This document shows positions 48,453 through 59,062 of a stretch of DNA of 64,000 nt, piece after piece. The number at the start of each line of letters is the position of its first letter. The first letter of the stretch is position 1. Source of the DNA: Nitrososphaeraceae archaeon (GTDB lineage Archaea > Thermoproteota > Nitrososphaeria > Nitrososphaerales > Nitrososphaeraceae); assembly GCA_035706205.1 (NCBI GenBank), contig DASSVK010000054.1:15839-79838 (forward strand), given 5' to 3'. A model generated the notes under the pieces. That model had not been told where the DNA came from and ran no database searches. It was given only the letters and a program-made list of their open reading frames with translations. A program made the translations under genes and the position numbers.

Positions 48453-51400
48453 TCACCTTCATATACAAATCAACCATTCCTGTTCCAACAGGTACAGTTG
48501 CTCCCACAATAACATTTTCTGTAACTCCTTTTAATGCTTCCGTTTGTCCTTCCATTGACGCTTTTGCAATAGTTGGAACAGTAATTTCAAATGCAGCTCT
48601 TGCCAACACAGAGGTTTTAGTTCCAGCAATACCATGTCTTCCAATTTGTTGAAGATATCCCTTAGATGTCATCAAATCAGCTACCAACATAATATGTCGA
48701 ATGTCAACTTCCAAACCTTGTTCTTCTAGCGTATTAGTAATCTCGCGAACTAGAGCAGTTCTTGCTGCTTCTATTCCTAAGGTTTGCCATATTTCATAAA
48801 CATTATTTGTTGTTATACGAGAAAGATCTATGCCGTCTACATAAATTATTTTAGATAAATTAGAACCTGCAGTTTGTATTACCCATTCTTCATTCTGTTT
48901 AACTATTGTAACTCTTTCTATATCAGGTACACCTTTTACTCTAGTATTGAGAAGCTTATTTTTCAACAGTAATAGAGTTTGAGCATCTAATTCTTCATTC
49001 AACTTTATAACAATACTCAATTCCTTTTCATCAAGAGTTGTATCATATTTCTTTTTACTACCCTTTAGAATTTCAAAAATATCCGTCAAAATACATCCTC
49101 GATCGTTTAGCTTATTTTGAGAAAAGGTTAATTTTATTATTCCACTATAATCAATATCTGTCTTTTCAACTACATCAATAACCTTAGTATGTATTATCTC
49201 TTTTGCAACATTTAATGCTTTTTCTCTAGAAATTCGATGTTCCTCATCAAGGTAAATATCCATTGTAGGGGTTATGGGTTTTTTTCTAGCATCTACTAAT
49301 TCTATTAAACGAGGTAGTCCAAGCGTTACATTTCGTTCTTTAACTCCAGCATAATGAAAAGTTCTCAAGGTCATTTGTGTTCCAGGCTCACCGATAGATT
49401 GAGCAGTAACCACTCCTACTGCTTCTCCAGGCTCAACCATAGCTCTTTCTATCAAATCTATAATTTTTTTAAGAACCTTTTCTATTCCTTGTTTACTGAG
49501 TCTGTTTTCTAGTAATACATTTTCAATATTATTTTTTAATTTAGGATTAAAGTCAGAGACATATTGATTCAATATATGTTTAATTTCTTCTTCATCTGCT
49601 TTTGCTGCTTCATCAACTACTGATTCACTCTCAATTATTCTGGAAATATTAACCGCTTCACCATGGTCACTTTTTGCCGGATCAATGCCATCCTCTCCAT
49701 AGAGATATTGAATTATATTACCATGAGGATCTCTGACTGTACCATCATATTCCATTTTCAAATGTTCAAGGGCATTGATTAATCTTCTTTGCATATATCC
49801 AGATTGTTGAGTTCTTACAGCAGTATCAACTAAACCTTCTCTACCGCCCATAGCATGGAAAAAAAACTCGAGAGGAGTAAGCCCATCTCGATAATTTGAT
49901 TTAACAAAACCTTTTGCATCGGGATTTGTATCATTTATCTTGAAATGAGGTAAAGATCTATTATGATATCCTTTATGGATCCTTTTTCCTCTTATGGATT
50001 GTTGACCTAAAACAGCAGTCATTTGGCCGATATTTAGTGTAGAACCTCGAGCGCCCGTTGATGCCATTATAACTCCTGCATTATTATTTGGAAATGATCT
50101 ATCAGCTAATCTGCCAGCTCGATCTCTAGCTCTGGAAAGTTCATTTACAAGGTATAATTCTAATGCTTCTTCAGGTGATAATCCTCTAGTTAAGGGTAAA
50201 CTTCCCTCTTTATACTGTTGAATCAGTTCATCGATCTTATCATATGCTTTCTTAATTACTCCTGTAATTTCATTATGTGTCTCCTCTGACAACCATAAAT
50301 CTGAATAGCCATATGTGAAACCCCTATGAGTAATGAAAGTTTTTAACATTACCAAAATAGAATTAAGGAATTTTTGTGCTACATCATTTCCATAATCCTT
50401 CGCTATTCTATGTAGAACACTATCTGGCTCCTCTGCACCAATTGAGGCTTTATCTATTACACCACTAATCAATTCTCCATTTTTAATTACAACATCCTTT
50501 CCTTCTCCCTTAACAGCTTTATTCCATTTTGATGTAATAATGAAATTGAAATCCTTTGGAAGAAATAGTGAAAATAATTGCTTTCCTGTATATACTTTAT
50601 TACCATCTTTTTCAGCTTTTGGCTCTAGTATTGGCCCAGTATAACCTCCCAATAATGCTAAATTGAAAAATTCTTCTTTAGATAAGAAAGTTTCATCTCT
50701 CGTTAAAATATAAGCCCCTGTAATAAAGTCTCGAATGCCACCAATTATAGGTCCGCCGTATCTTGGAGAAATTAGCTGATCTTGGACACTCATCAATAAA
50801 GATGCTTCAGACCTTGCTTCTTCGCTTTGGGGAACATGAAGGTTCATCTCATCACCATCAAAATCAGCATTATAAGGAGGACAAACTGCTGGATGTAACC
50901 TAAAGGTTCTATACGGAAGAATCCTTACATAATGTGCCATTATAGACATTCTGTGTAATGATGGTTGTCTATTAAAAATGACTATATCACCATCTGATAA
51001 ATGTCGTTCAATAATATAACCAGGAATGATAGAATCGGCTACTATTTGTCTATCATTTACATAATCAAGCCTTATTTTTACTCCATCAGGTCTTATAATA
51101 TAATTTGCTCCTGGATAGTTATTGGGTCCATTAAAAACTAATTTTTTTAATTTATCTATATTCCAATTTGATACAGTTTCAGGGATGGTTAGTTTTTTTG
51201 CAACTTCATATGGAATACCTACTTCAGAAATAGCAATGTTTGGATCAGGTGAAATAACAGTTCTACTTGAAAAATCTACTCTTTTTCCAGACAAGGAACC
51301 CCTAAATCTACCTTCTTTACCTTTTAACCTTTGTGTTAATGTTTTTAATGGTCTTCCTGACCTATGATGAGCTTGTGGAATTCCTGAAACTTCATTATCA

Positions 51401-52236
51401 AAATATGTTGTGACGTGATATTGAAGTAAATCTACTAAATCTTGAACAATCAATGGAGGCGTACCTGCTTCTTTGCTTTCCTTTAATCTTTGATTTACAC
51501 GAATTATATCTACTAGTTTATGGGTTAAGTCATCTTCAGATCTTATTCCTGTTTCAAGTATAATAGATGGTCTAACGGTAACTGGTGGGACAGGAAGAAC
51601 TTGTAAGATAAACCACTCAGGACGAGCAGTAGTAGGATCATAACCTAATAGTTTTAGATCGTCATCAGTTATATTGACCATTCTTTCTCTAATGGTTATT
51701 GGCAATAGTCGATTTTCTCCTGCATCAGTCTTTTCAACAAAGATAGTAGGTTTAGTAAAAATTAAGTCATATTGTTCCTTTTGACAATGAGGACAAATTT
51801 TTATTTTTTTGGATTTTTCAATTATTTCATCTTTGATATTTTCTAGAGTAATAACAGCATAAGATGCCTTGGCATTTCTAATTTCTCTATAATATTCCAA
51901 TTCTTCATTTTCTAATTTTATTCTATTACATGATCTACAAGTTGTAAGTAGTAATTTATGTATATCATCTACAAATGCTATGTGTAAAACAGGTTCTGCT
52001 AATTCGATGTGACCAAAATGGCCTGGGCATTTCGCAGAGGTATTTCCACATGAAATACATTTTTGCCCTGGTTCAAGTGTTCCTAAACGGTTATCCATCA
52101 ATCCACCCTGAACTGGCATTCCGTCTTCATCATAGGTTTCAGGTGCTGTTGTTTCAGCAACGCTAAATTTTCTAACTTCTATTGGAGACCATATGCTAAA
52201 TTTTATTGCACCTAAATTTTTAATTGATTCTTCCAT
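48418..52236 (-). CDS. rpoA: RNA polymerase largest subunit, unsplit A'+A'' (Rpo1)
   Basis: CPGHFGHIEL, KEGRFR..LSGKRVD, YNADFDGDEMN catalytic motif, GLVDTA..T..SGY, QSIGEPGTQMTLRTFH, and the A'' C-terminus in one ORF. Confidence 0.98.
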   Translation of the reverse strand: MEESIKNLGAIKFSIWSPIEVRKFSVAETTAPETYDEDGMPVQGGLMDNRLGTLEPGQKCISCGNTSAKCPGHFGHIELAEPVLHIAFVDDIHKLLLTTCRSCNRIKLENEELEYYREIRNAKASYAVITLENIKDEIIEKSKKIKICPHCQKEQYDLIFTKPTIFVEKTDAGENRLLPITIRERMVNITDDDLKLLGYDPTTARPEWFILQVLPVPPVTVRPSIILETGIRSEDDLTHKLVDIIRVNQRLKESKEAGTPPLIVQDLVDLLQYHVTTYFDNEVSGIPQAHHRSGRPLKTLTQRLKGKEGRFRGSLSGKRVDFSSRTVISPDPNIAISEVGIPYEVAKKLTIPETVSNWNIDKLKKLVFNGPNNYPGANYIIRPDGVKIRLDYVNDRQIVADSIIPGYIIERHLSDGDIVIFNRQPSLHRMSIMAHYVRILPYRTFRLHPAVCPPYNADFDGDEMNLHVPQSEEARSEASLLMSVQDQLISPRYGGPIIGGIRDFITGAYILTRDETFLSKEEFFNLALLGGYTGPILEPKAEKDGNKVYTGKQLFSLFLPKDFNFIITSKWNKAVKGEGKDVVIKNGELISGVIDKASIGAEEPDSVLHRIAKDYGNDVAQKFLNSILVMLKTFITHRGFTYGYSDLWLSEETHNEITGVIKKAYDKIDELIQQYKEGSLPLTRGLSPEEALELYLVNELSRARDRAGRLADRSFPNNNAGVIMASTGARGSTLNIGQMTAVLGQQSIRGKRIHKGYHNRSLPHFKINDTNPDAKGFVKSNYRDGLTPLEFFFHAMGGREGLVDTAVRTQQSGYMQRRLINALEHLKMEYDGTVRDPHGNIIQYLYGEDGIDPAKSDHGEAVNISRIIESESVVDEAAKADEEEIKHILNQYVSDFNPKLKNNIENVLLENRLSKQGIEKVLKKIIDLIERAMVEPGEAVGVVTAQSIGEPGTQMTLRTFHYAGVKERNVTLGLPRLIELVDARKKPITPTMDIYLDEEHRISREKALNVAKEIIHTKVIDVVEKTDIDYSGIIKLTFSQNKLNDRGCILTDIFEILKGSKKKYDTTLDEKELSIVIKLNEELDAQTLLLLKNKLLNTRVKGVPDIERVTIVKQNEEWVIQTAGSNLSKIIYVDGIDLSRITTNNVYEIWQTLGIEAARTALVREITNTLEEQGLEVDIRHIMLVADLMTSKGYLQQIGRHGIAGTKTSVLARAAFEITVPTIAKASMEGQTEALKGVTENVIVGATVPVGTGMVDLYMKVNEQNEESGENN

Positions 52237-52244
52237 AATATTTA

Positions 52245-52251
52245 ACCCCCT
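52245..52251 (-). promoter_or_regulatory. Shine-Dalgarno-like site (AGGGGGT) for rpoA
   Basis: 8 nt upstream of ATG 52236, within the rpoB-rpoA spacer. Confidence 0.55.
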
Positions 52252-52253
52252 AT

Positions 52254-55200
52254 CTATAATTTCTCTTTAGGAATGAGCCTAGGAGCTATGTTAAGGCTCA
52301 TCATTTCTTGAAGTAATAATTTGAAGGCATATGCTATGACGACAGTTGAAATTTTTGCCTTATCCCCACAAACTCTACATATATGTCTTCGTTGTTTAAT
52401 ATCATAATATGACAATAATCCACAACGCTCACATACACTTACTTCAGCTTTATCAGACTCTTCTAGTAATCGGTCTTTTAACATCATTGATGCACCATAT
52501 GCGATGAGACAATCTCTTTCCATTTCTCCAAATCTTAGACCACCTCCTCTTGCTCTGCCTTCAGTAGGCTGTTTGGTTAACATTTGAACTTGCCCACGAG
52601 CTCTACTATGAATTTTGTCAGCTACCATGTGATGGAGTTTCTGATAATATACCACACCAATATAAACTTCAACCGGAAATTTTATCCCTGTTCTTCCATC
52701 ATACATTTCCTCTTTACCACTATACTTGAATCCATACTGTTCCATGACATCTTTTATATCATTTAATTTTTCGCCTAAAAAGGCCGAGCCATCAACCACT
52801 TTTCCTCTTAATGAGGCTGCTTTCCCCCCTAATGATTCCATGAATTGACCTACGGTCATCCTAGATGGAAATGCATGAGGATTTATCATTATATCCGGAA
52901 CTATACCCTCTTCAGTATATGGTAAATCTTCCTGATTTACAAGCATTCCAAGAACTCCTTTTTGTCCATGTCTTGAAGCAAATTTATCACCTATTTCTGG
53001 AATTCTCATATCCCTTACCCGGATTTTATACATCTTTCCGCCTTCTACAGATTGAGTCATTATTACGGTATCTACAACTCCATTCTCAGATGGCCTTACA
53101 CCTATAGAAGTATCACGTCTATAAGGTCCTTTTACTTCAAATTCTTTATATTCTTCAATGAATCGCGGAGGAGATGTTCTTCCAATAAGAATATCACCCC
53201 CAGAAACTATTGCTTCATGCATAACTGCACCATCTTGTTCCAATAATCGATAAGCTTTTTCTCCTCTAAATCCACGAATATTTTCATCTGCTGAAGGTAA
53301 TTCAAAAGTATCTTTCATTCCACCTGGATATTGTTTTGCCTCTGCTTCATAGACTCTATAAAAAAATGTTCTTGCTAAACCTCGTTCTACTGAAGACTTA
53401 TTGAAGACAACTGCGTCTTCAATGTTATACCCCTCAAAAGGAAGTACTGCTACAACACAATTTTGGCCTGTAGGTCGTTCATCAAGTCCAAGAAGACTTA
53501 TTGCTTTAGTACTAACTACTGGAATTTGGGGATACAACATAAAGTGTTGTCTTACATATGTACTTGCATTCATCAAAGGTGTAGAGAATCCAAGGCTTTG
53601 TTTAGCCATTGCACTTTCATATGTATTTCTTGGAGATTGATTATGTTCAGGATATGGTATTACAGAAGCACCAATTCCAAGAATTGATGGTGGATATATT
53701 TCAACATGAGTTGTATTGGAGTCTATTGAAGTGAGGTCAATAGAGATAAAACAATTTTCTTCTTCATTGGCATCAACAAGTTCTATTATTCCCATGTAAA
53801 TCAAGTCTATCCATGAGAGGAATTTTTTATTGATCTTCTCAATAACTTCCGATGTCATTAAGGATTTTCCTTCTTTAACAATTGCAAGAGGTCTTAATAC
53901 ACGTCCAGAATTACAGGATATGTATAACCTTTTTGTAGCATTTGCATTTAAAGAAGAATAAAAATAAATTCCAATATGAGGATGGATTTTCCCATTTCGT
54001 CTCAGAACTCTGAGTGTATTTGCTAATTGAGAACCGTCTTCAATATAACCTATTGCTTTTCCATCTACAAATATTCTACAGCCATTTTGTCTTAAACTTT
54101 CATCTGCATCATCAATATGTTGGACTCTCAATTCATATAGCTTTTCTATAATTTCAGAAGACGAAACACTTACAGAGATTATTGCAGATAGAGCAAGATT
54201 TTTTACTAATCCACAATTTGAGCCTTCTGGTGTTTCTGCGGGACAAATTCTACCAAAATGAGTAGTATGAAGATCTCTTGCTTCAAAATTGGGCTGACTT
54301 CTGCTAAGTGGAGATTGTATTCTACGTAAATGACTAATTGTAGACATATAATTAGTTCTGTCTAATAATTGTGTGACTCCTACTCTTCCTCTTCCCCAAT
54401 TACCTGTAGCTATTGCATTATTCAATTTATCAGATATGATACCAGGTCTGACTGCAGCTGCCACTGCATTGATTCCTCTTTTTTGTCCTGATCGTTCAAG
54501 TTGATACTTCATATCCCTTATTAAATTTCTAAATGCAGTCCTAAAAAGATCAGCAAGCATTTGACCTGCAAATTTTATAACTTTATTTCCATAATGATCT
54601 TTATCATCATTATCTACCCATCCTAACTTAAGTTCTACTAACTTGTTTGCAGCTTCTCCAAGAAATAAAGCTTTTTCACCACGATTTTCAGGATTTTTTC
54701 CTAAATGAGGTAACAATCCCCAATCTAACAATGTTTCAGCACGCTTTATTTGAAATTCTTCGAGCATACCTGGAGCAATTCTTTTACTGATATATACAAT
54801 GGCATCTCTACTTGAAATAATTTCTCCTACTTTTTCAAATGAAGGTTCTAATTCATCTTGAACCTTTTCATTAAAAGATATAGCATTGGCTATATCTTTA
54901 TCAGATTCTAGTCCTAAAGCACGAATCAATGTTATTAGAGGAATATCAACGGGAGAACCAGGTATCTTTGCTACTATAGAACCATCAGGTTTCATAATAA
55001 GTTCTAATTTTGCTCGATAACCTACGATAGAAGAATAAACTTTTGCTTTATAGGTAAGTGTTCCAGCAGTTTCTTCTGCATCAACAATAATTTTATTATA
55101 GGACAAGTCTTCTAATCCTACTATTACTCTTTCTGATCCATTTATAACGAAATAGCCACCAGGGTCTCTGGGATCTTCACCTAATTCGATTAACTTAGAT

Positions 55201-55604
55201 TCTGGTAGATTATGAAGAATACATACATTAGATTTTACCATTACAGGCATATCACCAATATGAATGAATCGTGATTCAATTATTCTTCCATCTTCAACAA
55301 TGCTACATTCAAGCATAATAGGAGAGGCATAAGTAAGATTTCTTAGTCTAGCCTCAACAGGGGCAACGTGTGTAATAGATCCATCCAACTCCATAATTCT
55401 TGGACGTTGAAGTTTTATTTTTCCTAATTTCAACTTGTATGGAAATTCAGCAGTTTCTATTTCTACTTCGTTTACTTCGTCTATTATACTTTGTAAGCCA
55501 GATTCCATAAATTCATTGTAAGAATTTAAATGCTGTCGTGCAATACCTTCTCTTCTTAAAATATCATTAATAATTGGCCAAATATCAACAAAAGTATTTA
55601 CCAA
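52254..55604 (-). CDS. rpoB: RNA polymerase second-largest subunit, unsplit (Rpo2)
   Basis: GGYFVING.ERV, ETPEG.NCGLVKNL, GYNIED, GDKFASRHGQKG, QPTEGRARGGGLRFGEME, C-terminal Zn site. Confidence 0.98.
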   Translation of the reverse strand: MVNTFVDIWPIINDILRREGIARQHLNSYNEFMESGLQSIIDEVNEVEIETAEFPYKLKLGKIKLQRPRIMELDGSITHVAPVEARLRNLTYASPIMLECSIVEDGRIIESRFIHIGDMPVMVKSNVCILHNLPESKLIELGEDPRDPGGYFVINGSERVIVGLEDLSYNKIIVDAEETAGTLTYKAKVYSSIVGYRAKLELIMKPDGSIVAKIPGSPVDIPLITLIRALGLESDKDIANAISFNEKVQDELEPSFEKVGEIISSRDAIVYISKRIAPGMLEEFQIKRAETLLDWGLLPHLGKNPENRGEKALFLGEAANKLVELKLGWVDNDDKDHYGNKVIKFAGQMLADLFRTAFRNLIRDMKYQLERSGQKRGINAVAAAVRPGIISDKLNNAIATGNWGRGRVGVTQLLDRTNYMSTISHLRRIQSPLSRSQPNFEARDLHTTHFGRICPAETPEGSNCGLVKNLALSAIISVSVSSSEIIEKLYELRVQHIDDADESLRQNGCRIFVDGKAIGYIEDGSQLANTLRVLRRNGKIHPHIGIYFYSSLNANATKRLYISCNSGRVLRPLAIVKEGKSLMTSEVIEKINKKFLSWIDLIYMGIIELVDANEEENCFISIDLTSIDSNTTHVEIYPPSILGIGASVIPYPEHNQSPRNTYESAMAKQSLGFSTPLMNASTYVRQHFMLYPQIPVVSTKAISLLGLDERPTGQNCVVAVLPFEGYNIEDAVVFNKSSVERGLARTFFYRVYEAEAKQYPGGMKDTFELPSADENIRGFRGEKAYRLLEQDGAVMHEAIVSGGDILIGRTSPPRFIEEYKEFEVKGPYRRDTSIGVRPSENGVVDTVIMTQSVEGGKMYKIRVRDMRIPEIGDKFASRHGQKGVLGMLVNQEDLPYTEEGIVPDIMINPHAFPSRMTVGQFMESLGGKAASLRGKVVDGSAFLGEKLNDIKDVMEQYGFKYSGKEEMYDGRTGIKFPVEVYIGVVYYQKLHHMVADKIHSRARGQVQMLTKQPTEGRARGGGLRFGEMERDCLIAYGASMMLKDRLLEESDKAEVSVCERCGLLSYYDIKQRRHICRVCGDKAKISTVVIAYAFKLLLQEMMSLNIAPRLIPKEKL

Positions 55605-55622
55605 ATAATCTATTTCTCCTTC

Positions 55623-55874
55623 TTATCCTTGTACAACATATCTGTAATATACACTTTCACCTGCAGTTGGACTCTTTCTAGTAATTTTAATAATATCTCC
55701 TGGTCTAATATCCAGATCTTCTAATCCTTTATCATTTGACATAATATACGGGAGTTGATTAGTTCTTACATTGAATTTTTTAAGGATATTTTCAGCTTCA
55801 TCTTTAGAAAGAATTTCATGTTTAGGTTGATAGATATGATTTTTTACTTTGACAATTTTTTTATCTACTGACAA
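55623..55874 (-). CDS. rpoH: RNA polymerase subunit H (Rpo5)
   Basis: HIYQPKHEIL, QLPYI, GDIIKITRKSPTAGES.YYR; SD-like AGGGAGGG at 55883-55890. Confidence 0.96.
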   Translation of the reverse strand: MSVDKKIVKVKNHIYQPKHEILSKDEAENILKKFNVRTNQLPYIMSNDKGLEDLDIRPGDIIKITRKSPTAGESVYYRYVVQG

Positions 55875-56072
55875 ATTAACAGCCCTCCCTTCTTATATTT
55901 ATTATTCGATAAATAAATTTTGATAAAAACAGCTTTTCGCAATACGAAATCAGTAAATTGCTTAGAATAGGAGATATATGTAGTTTCTTACAATCATAAT
56001 TATAGATAGATATTAAAATATAACAGTTATGTATATTTAATAATTTTTGAAAATATTAGTTTTATATCATTA

Positions 56073-56172
56073 GGCCTTCGGAGGGATTTGAACCCTCCTC
56101 AAGCGGTTTCCACCATTTTACAAAATAAAAGACCACAGCCGCCTATACTAACCAGGCTATACTACGAAGGCC
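56073..56172 (-). tRNA. tRNA-His(GUG) with genomically encoded G-1 and a 25-nt intron at 37/38 (intron 56108-56132)
   Basis: G-1 + GCCTTCG/CGAAGGC + C73, anticodon stem GGCGG/CCGCT, loop CT-GTG-G|TCTTTTATTTTGTAAAATGGTGGAA|A, T-arm GAGGG-TTCAAAT-CCCTC. Confidence 0.93.
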
Positions 56173-56228
56173 ACTAGGTTTTATGAAAATGTGCATTATT
56201 TATTCTTTAGAGAATTGAAGAACAAAAA

Positions 56229-57056
56229 TTAAAAATTACTATAATTGATTATACCTCTTTTAACCACTACTATTTTTCTTTTTTCTAGTTCTTTACAAAT
56301 TCCATTCATTCCTATTGAGTCTCCCGCAAGATGTCCAAGAATAATAAGATTTTTACATCTTTTATCTTTTTTTAATTTTAAAAGTTCATTATAATCTATA
56401 TGAAGGTAGATCACTGTAGAGATATTATTTTCGTAATAAGCTCGTGCAATATCATATCCTCCATTAGATCCAGCTGCTAGGATAAGAACCCACTTTCCCA
56501 ATTGGTTGGTGGATTTTCCATTGCAAACTATAACTCTTGTTAAAGCTTTTTTAAATTCCGGTATTTCTTCTATTGCTTCTATTAAATCAGAGATAGATTC
56601 AAGTTCCGAATTATAAAGTTTATTTAAAATAATCTTTCTCATATATTCATCGAGTGGCTGATGGATATTTAATAAAGGCATATGGAGGAGTTGCGAGGTG
56701 CTAATTACATCATTATAAATTAAAGAATGAGATTTTAAAGAAACTTTATCTTTTAAATCTTTAACTAATGAAATTGCTAGATTTTTTTTGACGCCATTCT
56801 CTACCATATAATCTATGTGTCTATCAAAAACCTTATGAAATGATAACAATGACTTTCCGAGTGGATGATGAGTTAAGACACAATCACAACCGAGATTTTT
56901 GGCAAGATAAATATCAGCTGGATTTACATCAATAGAAACAAAAACCTTTTTAATATTATTCCCTTTCACATGAATAGCACTATCAAATGGTATATTTTTC
57001 CATCCGGCTAAATCTAAACCAATTTTCATTATTTTACTTGTATCTAATCCTTTCAA
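56229..57056 (-). CDS. NIF3/YbgI-like dinuclear metal-binding protein (divergent)
   Basis: IKKVFVSIDV, VLTHHP, NIHQPLD, ILGHLAGDSIG correspond to the NIF3 metal-ligand motifs. Confidence 0.75.
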   Translation of the reverse strand: MKGLDTSKIMKIGLDLAGWKNIPFDSAIHVKGNNIKKVFVSIDVNPADIYLAKNLGCDCVLTHHPLGKSLLSFHKVFDRHIDYMVENGVKKNLAISLVKDLKDKVSLKSHSLIYNDVISTSQLLHMPLLNIHQPLDEYMRKIILNKLYNSELESISDLIEAIEEIPEFKKALTRVIVCNGKSTNQLGKWVLILAAGSNGGYDIARAYYENNISTVIYLHIDYNELLKLKKDKRCKNLIILGHLAGDSIGMNGICKELEKRKIVVVKRGIINYSNF

Positions 57057-57219
57057 AATATTCTAAAATAATAATAATAATGTAGAATATTACTTTTAAC
57101 ATTTTAAATTATTTGCCTATTACTAATAATCCATAAACTTAATTAGAGAATAGAAAATCTCTGATCGATTCATGGTAAAAAAATAATAATAATAAAAACT
57201 CAATAAAAATTGAACTATT

Positions 57220-57690
57220 TTGTTTAAAAAACTTATTAATTTCTATTTGCGATATCAAAATCTTAATCTAAAGATCTCATTCTTATTAATCTCATTACAA
57301 TTATTACATCTCTATTGGCTTACAACAGACGTCGTATTATATCGCATTACAGGAACAGATTATTTTGTACAAGCATCTGGATTTGTTTTATTGTTTATAA
57401 TAATTGATTATATTGAAATTCCTGCTTTAGTTTCTGGAATAACATATTATTTCTTTAATTTAATTTACAATAAAAAAGAAAAAAGAATTAAAAATATAAT
57501 TTTCTTAATTCTATTGGCAATACAATCAATTCATATCTTTTGGATTACAGATGATATAGTTTATTCAACTTTTGTAGGTGCTGATTTAATTGAAATTCCA
57601 GAATATCTTGTATGGATTGCAATTCTAATAGATTATCTAGAACTACCTGTAATTTATGATCTTTTAAAAAGGATCATTAAAAAAGAATAA
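57220..57690 (+). CDS. Four-TM membrane protein built from two internal repeats
   Basis: QLLHLYWLTTDVV...IDYIEIP and QSIHIFWITDDIV...IDYLELP. Confidence 0.75.
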   Translation: MFKKLINFYLRYQNLNLKISFLLISLQLLHLYWLTTDVVLYRITGTDYFVQASGFVLLFIIIDYIEIPALVSGITYYFFNLIYNKKEKRIKNIIFLILLAIQSIHIFWITDDIVYSTFVGADLIEIPEYLVWIAILIDYLELPVIYDLLKRIIKKE

Positions 57691-57900
57691 TCCCACATAC
57701 AAATACCATAAGAAGTGAATAAATGTACTTGTTCGTTTAAAGAGAAATTAATATTAATAATAATTATTAATTCAGTATAATTTTGAATAGAGCCTTTTAC
57801 CAAATTAAAAATGATGATAAATCTTATCAAATCTATATAAAAAGGTCTTTAAAATAAGTATATAATATTCAGTATCAGAAAATTAAAAGTAACAAATCAA

Positions 57901-58953
57901 TCAATTCTGGTCATGGACGATATTCTCTTCAAAATATTCCTTTATCCATCGGTCAGTATATCTATTACGATTTTGTAATACCACTATTCGGGAAATTTCA
58001 CTTTCATCCATTATACTATAACCTTGTAGAGCTCTTTGAAAAATATTAGTAAATTCTCTTACTTCTCTAAATTCAAGCATATTATTTTGCTTTAGTCTGT
58101 TAATAGACATTCCTATATGCATATATGATTTAATTTCAATAAAATTTGGATTTCCTTGGTTAATTACATTAACAAATTCAGGTATATTGATTAAATCATT
58201 ATTGTAGTTACGAATTAGAGTCATTCTTAATACTGTTCGTGTATTAATTTCCGATAGAATTTTTAATGTAGCAAGCCATCGATCCCAAGCATCTTTATAT
58301 TTTGGTCTATTTATGTGATAAAACATCTTTTTATTTGAGGCATTAGTAGATAAATATAACTGAGTCGGTAAAGCATCTTCTTTTATTAAACGTTTAATCA
58401 TTTCTGGTTCTTGACCATTTGTTACCAAAAAAATGGATTTTGTATTATTTAATGATCTAAGATATTTAATTAAGTTGGGTAATTTTGGATACATGGTTGG
58501 TTCACCTGACAGAGAAATAGCATAATGAGCAGGAAATAATGATTCATCTAGTTTTTTCTTATCAGATTTAGAATTTCCGTAAAACCCTATAATTAATCTT
58601 TCTCTTTCTTTCAAGAGTTGATGTATAATTGCATCTGGTTCATCGACTAAATCCTCAGGCATGTGTAAAGTATCATAGAATTCTGTTGGACGCCAACAAT
58701 ACACACATCTATTTTCACAGTTCATTGCAGTTGGAGTCATTTCCATACATCTATGTGTAGAAATCCCATAAAACTTATGCTTATAACAATTTCCTTGGTT
58801 ATAAAATGACTTTTTAGTCCAATGGCACAATTCTACAGCTGAATGGTTAAATACACCATACTTTGCCTTACGAAGTTTTCCTTGTAAACTTGGAGTAATA
58901 TTGATCAAGTTATTCTCTTTTTCATGATAAACATATTCATCCGAACAACTCAT
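57901..58953 (-). CDS. taw1: 4-demethylwyosine synthase Taw1/TYW1 (radical SAM)
   Basis: HSAVELCHWTKK, CYKHKFYGI.THRCMEMTP, CENRCVYCWR, AISLSGEPT, EIKSYM.IG.S. Confidence 0.95.
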   Translation of the reverse strand: MSCSDEYVYHEKENNLINITPSLQGKLRKAKYGVFNHSAVELCHWTKKSFYNQGNCYKHKFYGISTHRCMEMTPTAMNCENRCVYCWRPTEFYDTLHMPEDLVDEPDAIIHQLLKERERLIIGFYGNSKSDKKKLDESLFPAHYAISLSGEPTMYPKLPNLIKYLRSLNNTKSIFLVTNGQEPEMIKRLIKEDALPTQLYLSTNASNKKMFYHINRPKYKDAWDRWLATLKILSEINTRTVLRMTLIRNYNNDLINIPEFVNVINQGNPNFIEIKSYMHIGMSINRLKQNNMLEFREVREFTNIFQRALQGYSIMDESEISRIVVLQNRNRYTDRWIKEYFEENIVHDQN

Positions 58954-59062
58954 ATATTTAAATAAATAATAAACTACTTTATATTTTAACTAGTAATGAA
59001 AATGATAATTATCTTAATATAGAAAATATATTAGATATAAGTATATCATTAATATCATTGGA

